Under the pieces are notes generated by a model. That model saw nothing but the letters and a program-made list of their open reading frames with translations. It searched no databases and was not told where the DNA came from. From Nitrospinota bacterium (GTDB lineage: Bacteria > Nitrospinota > Nitrospinia > Nitrospinales > VA-1): DNA of 64,000 nt. The stretch lies in assembly GCA_009873635.1 (NCBI GenBank), contig WAHY01000009.1, positions 44,181 to 108,180 on the forward strand, given 5' to 3'. Positions within the stretch are counted from its first letter, which is position 1. Each line of letters begins with the position of its first letter. Below are positions 1 to 7,254 of the stretch, in pieces. Position numbers and translations under genes: made by a program.

Positions 1-831
1 CCTGTTAATGAGGTAGCAAGTTTAGAGTCCCGCATAGAGATTTCCCAAGGGGCGCCCCAGCGAATTGAAGAGGAATCTCAAAATCCCACCGAACGCGAAA
101 ATCAGCAAGAACAACAAGAGGATATAGCTGAAGCTGAACGACGTGAACTTCAGGCCAACCGGCAGGAAGTATCAAATGATGCACGTAGTGAATTTCGTAA
201 CCCCAGGAGTCAGGGACCTGCGGGAGGCAACGAATTGGCAAGGGTTTCAGAGGGCTTTGTTCAAGACACGGATGAGCGCCTGGAAGAAGGTTTTAGGCTT
301 GGCAATGATATTTCAAACCCGGATCGGATTGATGAATTCCGAAACGGCGCACAGATAGACAGTGTGCAGGAAGCGGTTCAAAGGGGAGGAGAAGATGCGC
401 TTGAGGCTCAAGGGCAAGACGATCTGACCAGTCGATTGAGAGAAGAACCCAGTATCCGTGATCTGGCACGAAATGCTTCGGCAGTTCAGGACCAGGAAAG
501 TTTTAGAGAAACAATAGACCCTGAGCTCCCCAGTCCTGAAGAATCTGCCAGAGAGGAATTACAGGGTAACAGGGTATCCGTACAAAACCCAAGAGTTCAA
601 GAACTGGTAAATGAAGCAAATGAGGCGGAAGAAGCTGAGAGACTAAGAAATGAACCGGCGATTGAAACTCCAGATCAGACTATCGAACCCATAGAAACTC
701 AAGAAGAACCGATACAGGAAGGTTTGGACATAAATCCGTTACGAGGTCCCCGGCCTTCAGAATTGAGAGATGAGTCTGATGCGTCGGCTGTAGAAACCGA
801 GCGCGGACAGAATATCAGTGATCTAATATAA
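1..831 (+). CDS. 5'-truncated acidic low-complexity hypothetical protein at the start of the flagellar accessory cluster
   Basis: Frame 1 is open from base 1 (PVNEVASLESRIEISQGAPQ...) through the track ORF 235..831 to TAA. Glu/Gln/Arg-rich, ends ...ETERGQNISDLI. The start lies outside the window. Confidence 0.75.
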   Translation, partial: PVNEVASLESRIEISQGAPQRIEEESQNPTERENQQEQQEDIAEAERRELQANRQEVSNDARSEFRNPRSQGPAGGNELARVSEGFVQDTDERLEEGFRLGNDISNPDRIDEFRNGAQIDSVQEAVQRGGEDALEAQGQDDLTSRLREEPSIRDLARNASAVQDQESFRETIDPELPSPEESAREELQGNRVSVQNPRVQELVNEANEAEEAERLRNEPAIETPDQTIEPIETQEEPIQEGLDINPLRGPRPSELRDESDASAVETERGQNISDLI

Positions 832-844
832 ACGAACCGCCCCG

Positions 845-1018
845 TCAGCAACGTGATAGGGCTTTAACAAGGAACTCATCAAGAGGAGACAAGCTAGAAC
901 CGGGATAACCCCATCGCAAAGAAAGGATCTCGAAAAATATTGGCATGGTTTGCGGCCTGGTCCAATAATTCTCGAAGGTTCGGTTTTTAACTTGAAGCCC
1001 TTTTTGGGCCCTTGTCAT
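845..1018 (-). CDS. candidate small protein (57 aa from ATG 1018) downstream of a sigma-28-like promoter
   Basis: Part of track ORF 845..1147. The internal ATG at 1018 lies downstream of the sigma-28-like promoter at 1138-1165. Weak RBS, no recognised family. Confidence 0.3.
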   Translation of the reverse strand: MTRAQKGLQVKNRTFENYWTRPQTMPIFFEILSLRWGYPGSSLSPLDEFLVKALSRC

Positions 1019-1137
1019 GTCGATTCGGCCTTTGGCCTTATGGCGAAAGTCCGTCCGAGGTGACAGCTCACGGCACCAACGAGGCGGGCGTTTTTTAATT
1101 TTTTCCGGTTTAACAGCACGATTCCATCTTGATGTGT

Positions 1138-1165
1138 TTATCGACAATTTCGACTAAACACTTTA
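1138..1165 (-). promoter_or_regulatory. putative sigma-28 (FliA/SigD) promoter
   Basis: Minus strand reads TAAA-gtgtttagtcgaaatt(16 nt)-GTCGATAA versus consensus TAAA-N15/16-GCCGATAA, inside a flagellar gene neighbourhood. Confidence 0.55.
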
Positions 1166-1205
1166 ATGGCGTGACGCGTTTTTTGCGCCAGACCGGAAAA
1201 AAATC

Positions 1206-3041
1206 GTGCAGGTCCTCAATAACGTCAATTCCACGTTTTTCCCTCTCAATTCCACCCGTTCGACCAGTAATGACCTGAATATTCGTCTTGCCCGAGACAC
1301 CATAAACCAGTCTGGCAGCCCCACGGAAATTAAACGGGAAATCCTGTTTGATTCTGTTTTTATCAATAAAAGGAAGGTCCCGCATTTGGAGGCAACGGGC
1401 CCTCTGGCTGCTTTTCGTGTTGTAGATGCTATTTCTTTGCTGTCACGCCAGTCTGATATCAGAAAAGTCCCGATCGTGGAAGATCTGGTAAAAAATGAGA
1501 GATTTACCCAGGTCAAACTTCGACAACTGGGCGACCTTTCCATTTCCCTGAAAAACCTTGACCAGACAGTTGCCAATTTACTTGAAGACGATGCGCTGAA
1601 TCCCAAGAGTGCATCTTCCAGCCGGTCAGAACTGGTACAGGCTGTGGCAGGAAAAGATGCACCGCAGGATAAATTTCGGGTTACTCCGGTTAGGTTGTCG
1701 CAGGCTGCGGTCCTGGCTTCCGATGAACAATCCACTCCTCTTGGTGCCCTGGGCCTGACAGGCAGTTTCTTCATCAATGGCACAAAAATTACAGTTGAAG
1801 CCACCGATTCAATATTTGAACTGAAAAATAAAATCAATTTTGGAGAAGACCTGAACCGAAACGGGATTCTTGATAAATCTGAAGATTTCAACAACAACGG
1901 AACCTTGGATGTCATTCAAACGGAGAATCTAGAATTTGTGCCAGCGGTTTTCGTCGCAGAAGACCTGGATGGTGATGGTGAGATTGACCCGGATGAGGAT
2001 GCAAACAACAACGAACAACTGGATGGCGGAAGCAAGGAATCAAAAGTTTTAGCATTGATTCAAGATAACCGGTTGTTTCTGGTTGGGCTTGCAGGGGGGA
2101 GCACTTCTATAGACTTAAGGGATGACGATAATGTGCTTTTGAGTCTCGGCTTCTTTGAATTAAACATTAAAGGTTTCCCGGTTCAGAAAGAGTTTCAGTT
2201 TGATTCTGAAGATTTGACAACCAACCTGATTCAGGAACCTCAAACCGCGACAATTGAATTGAACGGGAAGAAAATACCCGGCGACAGGAACGTTTTTACA
2301 GGTGTGATTGAAGATATTGACCTGGATATTAAACGCACTTCACAAAAGGTCGCCCAGATAAATATTTCCATCGATGCCGCAACGTTTTTCTCACAGATTA
2401 AAACTCTCGTTGATCAATTCAATAACTCTATAACAAAAATTAATGACCTTCTTGGAGTCTCCCCGACTTTTAAACGTGATGGAGACATTCAGGATATTCG
2501 TAATGACCTCACTTTTAGACCTCAGGCGAGAGTGCGTGAGTTGGATCAACGTAATGAAAGTATAGACACCTTGAGAGGACGGCCGGGGAATCCTTTCGCG
2601 ACAGGCATTACGGTATCCAATACTGAAAAAAACAGTGCGCAGGAAGTCGCCGTCGCTTCTGCGGCCCAGGCCATTAAAAGTGGAATTGTAAGGGGCTTCC
2701 AAAGTGGAGGTGACAATCTTTTGAGAAGGCTGGGCGCGATTGGTATCCGCACTCTTTCTGACAATACTTTTGAATTGGATGAAAGAGAATTTCGTCGAGG
2801 TCTCAATTCCAACACAACAGAAGTTTTTGATTTATTCACCAATCCTGAAACCGGAATCCTGCCAAACCTTGCTGAACAGTTAGAGATTATTTTGAGGGAT
2901 GAGTTGGGCGAATTGGCGTTTGAAGAAACTGAAGTCAAGGTCGAGTCCAATTCACCCAGATTTCTGGCGGAAAAGTTTCGGAAATTAACTGAAAACACAA
3001 ACCTGGGAAGCACAGTGCAAACCTTAATTACAGTGGTGTGA
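1206..3041 (+). CDS. fliD: flagellar filament cap FliD-like protein, atypical, with inserted EDxNxNGxLD repeats
   Basis: FliD_N-like segment (KSASSSRSELVQAV...KFRVTPVRLSQAAVLAS) and FliD_C-like segments (IQEPQTATIELNG, IKTLVDQFNNSI, LGAIGIRTLSDNTFELDEREFRRGL). GTG start; followed by an FlgN-like gene. Confidence 0.7.
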   Translation: MQVLNNVNSTFFPLNSTRSTSNDLNIRLARDTINQSGSPTEIKREILFDSVFINKRKVPHLEATGPLAAFRVVDAISLLSRQSDIRKVPIVEDLVKNERFTQVKLRQLGDLSISLKNLDQTVANLLEDDALNPKSASSSRSELVQAVAGKDAPQDKFRVTPVRLSQAAVLASDEQSTPLGALGLTGSFFINGTKITVEATDSIFELKNKINFGEDLNRNGILDKSEDFNNNGTLDVIQTENLEFVPAVFVAEDLDGDGEIDPDEDANNNEQLDGGSKESKVLALIQDNRLFLVGLAGGSTSIDLRDDDNVLLSLGFFELNIKGFPVQKEFQFDSEDLTTNLIQEPQTATIELNGKKIPGDRNVFTGVIEDIDLDIKRTSQKVAQINISIDAATFFSQIKTLVDQFNNSITKINDLLGVSPTFKRDGDIQDIRNDLTFRPQARVRELDQRNESIDTLRGRPGNPFATGITVSNTEKNSAQEVAVASAAQAIKSGIVRGFQSGGDNLLRRLGAIGIRTLSDNTFELDEREFRRGLNSNTTEVFDLFTNPETGILPNLAEQLEIILRDELGELAFEETEVKVESNSPRFLAEKFRKLTENTNLGSTVQTLITVV

Positions 3042-3484
3042 ATTTGAAAATCGAAAAAAATAAAACAGAAATTATCAAGCTCCTGAAACATAAGCAGGGA
3101 ATCTGCTCCAGGCTTCTCGAAAAAATGGGTGAGCAAATGAAGGCTGTAGAAACTCAAGATGAGTCGGGTCTGGGCGCGATTATCGAAGGCAAGGAAGAGC
3201 TGATCGTCGGACTCAATGAGACAGACAAAAAAATTGCTGATCTGGCCGGTGAGCTGGACAGCAACATTATCGAATCACTGGGTCGTGAACATGAAGGGTT
3301 GATTCAAGACATCGAATCTGACCTGGAGAAGATCATTGAGCAGGAAAAAATTTGTCATGAAAAATTAAGTCTCGTGAAAAGCGAAGTGTTGGAAAAGATT
3401 AAAGCAGTGAAAAAAGGACAGGCCCTTTTAAAGGGTTATGGAGTTTCTAAAAGGACTAAACCAAATATTTCTAAAAACGTTTAA
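3038..3484 (+). CDS. FlgN/FliT-like flagellar export chaperone
   Basis: 148-aa all-helical protein (LGAIIEGKEELIVGLNETDKKI), overlaps the fliD stop by 4 nt, ends with GYG and a basic tail as in FlgN-like chaperones. Confidence 0.6.
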   Translation: MNLKIEKNKTEIIKLLKHKQGICSRLLEKMGEQMKAVETQDESGLGAIIEGKEELIVGLNETDKKIADLAGELDSNIIESLGREHEGLIQDIESDLEKIIEQEKICHEKLSLVKSEVLEKIKAVKKGQALLKGYGVSKRTKPNISKNV

Positions 3485-3501
3485 TAGAAAGGAAAAAAAC
3501 C

Positions 3502-3810
3502 ATGCAAGTATCAATGGTTTCTGTCAACAAAATTTTTAAAACCTACCAGGGACAGGAACGTATTGCGGAACTGAACAGCAAGAATCCAGTCAAACGGGCT
3601 CAGGGGCAACTGGATCGGGTTAGTATTTCGAATGAAGCTAGGACAGCCGAATTGCTCATGAGAGTTGTAAGCAAAGCAGACAACACCACAATGATGTTTA
3701 AGGCCAGTCCACCTGGTGACTCTTCGCAATCAGTGTCTCAGAAGGCAGAAGCCCGGCCTGTTGAAACTGCTGAGTTTAAACCGGATAATTTTGAGCAAAA
3801 TGCTAAATAA
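3502..3810 (+). CDS. FlgM-associated (DVU0524-like) flagellar protein
   Basis: N-terminal NKIFKTY..Q and DRVSISNEAR motif, RBS AAAGGA. Lacks the C-terminal anti-sigma helix of FlgM. Confidence 0.5.
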   Translation: MQVSMVSVNKIFKTYQGQERIAELNSKNPVKRAQGQLDRVSISNEARTAELLMRVVSKADNTTMMFKASPPGDSSQSVSQKAEARPVETAEFKPDNFEQNAK

Positions 3811-4019
3811 GATATACACCTTGGAAAGGGAATTTTTGCCATATCCATCAATGAACCCTTAATTCGACAACTAATTTCCAAGCCAATCAGGTTATTATAT
3901 TTGAGTAAAGCGTCACGCCCCCCTTTGCAGGGAAACACAGAGAATTAAACCCTCTAACTGTTATAACTCTCTTATTGTTAATTTAATCCATTGCTCGTTA
4001 GCACCATGCTCAGTGGGTG

Positions 4020-4028
4020 TGGTATGAT
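4020..4028 (+). promoter_or_regulatory. extended -10 promoter (TGnTATGAT) for aroDE
   Basis: TGGTATGAT about 40 nt upstream of the aroDE ATG. Confidence 0.4.
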
Positions 4029-4066
4029 CCTTCCTTTGTTTAGAAAATAATATTTCATGGTTTTTT

Positions 4067-5536
4067 ATGATTTGTATCCCCATTGTTGGCTCGTCTATGT
4101 CCAAAGCCCTGGAGCAGGTAGCTTCAGCTTCATCTCTTGCCGATATTCTGGAGTTGAGACTGGATTTGATAGAGAACCCCGATCTTAAAGTGTTGCTTGA
4201 CTCGGTAAGCTTGCCAGTTATTGTCACCAATCGCTCAAAACTTGATGGAGGCCAATTTAAAGGGCCGGATGAAGACCGAGTGCGGTCTCTTCGAGAAGCG
4301 CTTGATGCTGGTGCAGATTTTGTAGATATTGAGGTCTCTACTCCCAGAGAATATTTACAACCTTTTCTTGAAGAAGGAGACCCTTCGCGAACCATTATTT
4401 CGTATCACGACTTCTCGCACACCCCGGAAGATTTTAATCCTCTTTATGAAACCATGTGCGAGTTGCCAGGGGAAATTGTCAAGATCGTCACTTATGCCCG
4501 GGACATAAGTGATAACCTTAAAATGTTTGAATTGCTTAAGCGCGCCAAAAGAGAGAATAAAAAGTTGATAGGTCTCTGCATGGGAGATCTCGGAGAGATA
4601 AGCCGGGTTCTATCCCCATTGTTTGGCGGGTTCCTGACCTTTGGCAGTCTTGAAACGGGACAGGAAAGTGCTCCGGGGCAGATTCCAGCAAAAACTCTCA
4701 AGGAAATTTACCGGGTTAATGCCGAGCGTTCTGAGTTTAGTATTTATGGAGTGATCGGCAACCCTGTTTCTAAAAGCATGGGGTACCTGGTGCATAACCA
4801 TGCTTTTCTGGAAAAGTCATCCCCCGATATCTACGTTTCATTCCTGGTCGATAATGTAGAAAAGTTTTTTAATAATTTTAAACATTTCTTTAACGGGTTG
4901 AGTGTAACAATGCCTGCTAAAGAAGATATTATGCCTTTGCTCGATAGAGTTGATGAAACGGCCCGGAAAATCGGCGCGGTCAATACAGTGGTGAAAGAAA
5001 GATCGGACTGGGTAGGCTATAACACAGATTGTTCAGGTGCGATTTCCGCCCTGGAAGCATGCACATCTTTAAATGGGAAAAATGTGCTGATACTTGGTTC
5101 GGGTGGAACCGCCAAGGCCATTGGGTATGGTGTGAAAGAAAAAGGCGGTAAACTGACTATCACCTATAATAAAAACAAAGAACGTGGTGAGAGCCTGGCA
5201 AATGAACTGGGTTGTGAACTGGTGCATGCGCGAGATGCGGGAACCCGCCCGATAGATGTATTGATCAATTGTTCACCGGTTGGCATGAACCCGAACGTTA
5301 ACGAAACACCGTTTATGGCAAGAGACTTGAAAGAGGGGATGGTGGTGTTCGACTCGGTTTACAACCCTTTGGAGACTCGGCTTTTGCGCGAGGCAAAATC
5401 TGTCGGCTGCAAAGTCATCCCCGGTTATGAACTGTTTGTCAACCAGGCCGCTCGCCAGTTCGAGCTTTGGACGGGCCAGGCTGCCCCTGTGGATGTCATG
5501 CGTGAAGTATTGCTGAAAAAACTGGAGGGGGAATAG
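4067..5536 (+). CDS. aroDE: bifunctional type I 3-dehydroquinate dehydratase / shikimate dehydrogenase
   Basis: N-half has ADILELRLD, SYHDF, VKIVT, GEISRV, LTFG, APGQI. C-half has GVIGNPV, SVTMPAK, IGAVNT, GYNTD, LGSGGTA, FDSVYNP, QAARQFELWTG. Confidence 0.93.
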   Translation: MICIPIVGSSMSKALEQVASASSLADILELRLDLIENPDLKVLLDSVSLPVIVTNRSKLDGGQFKGPDEDRVRSLREALDAGADFVDIEVSTPREYLQPFLEEGDPSRTIISYHDFSHTPEDFNPLYETMCELPGEIVKIVTYARDISDNLKMFELLKRAKRENKKLIGLCMGDLGEISRVLSPLFGGFLTFGSLETGQESAPGQIPAKTLKEIYRVNAERSEFSIYGVIGNPVSKSMGYLVHNHAFLEKSSPDIYVSFLVDNVEKFFNNFKHFFNGLSVTMPAKEDIMPLLDRVDETARKIGAVNTVVKERSDWVGYNTDCSGAISALEACTSLNGKNVLILGSGGTAKAIGYGVKEKGGKLTITYNKNKERGESLANELGCELVHARDAGTRPIDVLINCSPVGMNPNVNETPFMARDLKEGMVVFDSVYNPLETRLLREAKSVGCKVIPGYELFVNQAARQFELWTGQAAPVDVMREVLLKKLEGE

Positions 5537-5638
5537 AAACTGGTTGTTGTCCCCTTTGGATCAGAATGCGACATGTCTTCACTCGGCTAAGCAAGGCAAT
5601 TGGTTGAACTTAGCAAGACTATCTGCCACTCTTTGGTT

Positions 5639-5839
5639 TCAAGACCAAATATTTCTAGCCCTTCGTTTCGCAGCTTTTCTTTTTTTGAGGGCTTCTTTTA
5701 TTTTCAGTTTCTTTTTTGCTGAAGGTTTTACGTAAAACCTCCTCCGTTTAAGTTCTCGAAAAAGCCCTTCTTTATTTAACCTGCGCTTTAATCCTTTTAA
5801 TGCTCTTTCTAATTGGTTTTCAATAACGGTGATTTGCAA
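5639..5839 (-). CDS. rpsU: 30S ribosomal protein bS21
   Basis: ERALKGLKRRLNKEGLFRELKRRRFYVKPSAKKK; TTG start with GAGGT RBS. Confidence 0.93.
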   Translation of the reverse strand: MQITVIENQLERALKGLKRRLNKEGLFRELKRRRFYVKPSAKKKLKIKEALKKRKAAKRRARNIWS

Positions 5840-5856
5840 AAATAAATACCTCGATT

Positions 5857-6042
5857 TTAAATGTTATTAGATGCAGAGTGTTTATTTCCTTTTGTAAGTT
5901 TTTCAGTAATCCTTCTAGTCTTTTTATTTCTTTTAAAAATTGATGGGTTTTCCATTTGTTTTTTAGAACGCACGTTCAATGCCTTGACTGATATTATTTT
6001 TTTTAATTTTCCGGAACTGTCGTATACCTTGACCTCATGCAT
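5857..6042 (-). CDS. small basic hypothetical protein (61 aa), first gene of the rpsU operon
   Basis: ATG with GAGAGGT RBS, Lys-rich, 17 nt upstream of rpsU on the same strand. Confidence 0.7.
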   Translation of the reverse strand: MHEVKVYDSSGKLKKIISVKALNVRSKKQMENPSIFKRNKKTRRITEKLTKGNKHSASNNI

Positions 6043-6084
6043 AAAAATACCTCTCTTAGGTTCTTCGCCTCAATTCTTTGAGGC

Positions 6085-6113
6085 AAAAAAAAACCACCCC
6101 ATAAAGGAGTGGT
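6085..6113 (-). terminator. intrinsic terminator inside the leader of the small-ORF/rpsU operon
   Basis: Minus strand ACCACTCC-tttat-GGGGTGGT followed by a run of 8-9 T, about 40 nt upstream of the ATG at 6042. Confidence 0.75.
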
Positions 6114-6178
6114 AAAAAATACCTTTAAAGTATTTTTCTGTTTAGCCTTCAATTAAAGAATGAAGGAAAGATGCCATT

Positions 6179-6206
6179 AGAATACTCTGATTGGGCTATA
6201 TTGCAA
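6179..6206 (-). promoter_or_regulatory. putative sigma-70 promoter for the leader/rpsU operon
   Basis: Minus strand TTGCAA-N16-TATTCT. Confidence 0.5.
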
Positions 6207-6524
6207 GGAAGATCAGATTAATTAATCTTAATCTGCAAAAGAAGTTTGAAAAGGGGCTATATAGGGCCCTTCAAGCGAATATCCCATGAATATAAGCTTA
6301 GGTTATTTTCTGACCTCATGTTACTCTTATAAAGTAAGCAAGGGTTGTTCAAATATAGTGTAAGTAAAATCCTTCTAGTTTCTCGCCTGAAACTAACCTA
6401 TTATTTTGGTTTTTTGTGGTTCTCTAAAAGTTCTTGCATCCATTCAACCCCATTCAAAAATCGGGAAAGCTTTATCCAAATTTTCTGGAAGTACATTTCC
6501 CAAAATTAGCAGGAGAGTATTATT

Positions 6525-6725
6525 ATGTCAGTAGGAAAAGTAAAATGGTTTAATGAGAGTAAGGGGTATGGGTTCATAGAGTCTGAAAGCGGCAAAGATC
6601 TTTTTGTTCATTTCTCGGAAATTCAGGGAGATGGATTTAAGACTTTGACAGAAGGCCAGTCGGTCGAGTTCGAAGAAAGTATGGGGCAGAAAGGTCCCCA
6701 GGCCACCAAAGTTCTTGCAAAATAA
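6525..6725 (+). CDS. cspA: cold-shock protein (CSD)
   Basis: [15 protein letters not shown] (RNP1), DLFVHFSEI (RNP2), GQKGPQA; RBS AGGAG. Confidence 0.96.
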   Translation: MSVGKVKWFNESKGYGFIESESGKDLFVHFSEIQGDGFKTLTEGQSVEFEESMGQKGPQATKVLAK

Positions 6726-6780
6726 AGACACAACAGAAATATAATTCTGTTAAATTTAATCTCGTTTTAAACTTTAGAAA

Positions 6781-6808
6781 AAGCTCAGCCAATAGGCTGG
6801 GCTTTTTT
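6781..6808 (+). terminator. intrinsic terminator after cspA
   Basis: AAGCTCAGCC-aata-GGCTGGGCTT followed by a T run. Confidence 0.85.
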
Positions 6809-6919
6809 ATTGTGCGGGCAATCCATTCATCCCATGGGGTTTTAGTTTGTTTCGGGATAAAAGCGAACTTTCGATATTCAACGTCCGCTATTGGCGGCGA
6901 TCTGAATTTAACTATTGGG

Positions 6920-7252
6920 TTAGCCTGAAGAGCGATAACGTGGAACGGACGGGTCTACGATTTGTGACCAGGCATCGATTCCACCCACCAGATTGTGGAC
7001 GGTTTTGAATCCGCATTGGATCAACTCACTGGCTGCTATTTGCGAACGTTCTCCATGATGGCAGATCACCACAATCTCTTCTTCAAAAACAAATTCCTGT
7101 TGACGGTCAATGACCTCGGCGAGAGGAAAATTTTCCGATCCATCAATAGCGGCAAGTGAAAACTCCCAGGGCTCTCTCACATCAAGCAGAAAAATATCTT
7201 CCCCGTTTTCAAGTTTTTGTTTTAACTCGATCGGTTGCAGTTGATGGACCAT
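6920..7252 (-). CDS. single-domain rhodanese/sulfurtransferase
   Basis: LLDVREPWEF, VVICHHGERS active-site loop, NLVGGIDAWS. Start moved to ATG 7252, 2 nt after the transporter stop. Confidence 0.9.
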   Translation of the reverse strand: MVHQLQPIELKQKLENGEDIFLLDVREPWEFSLAAIDGSENFPLAEVIDRQQEFVFEEEIVVICHHGERSQIAASELIQCGFKTVHNLVGGIDAWSQIVDPSVPRYRSSG

Positions 7253-7254
7253 TG

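Noticed and set aside
1163-1915. 250-aa antisense ORF over fliD
   Set aside because: Shadow of the real gene; no recognisable motifs or RBS.
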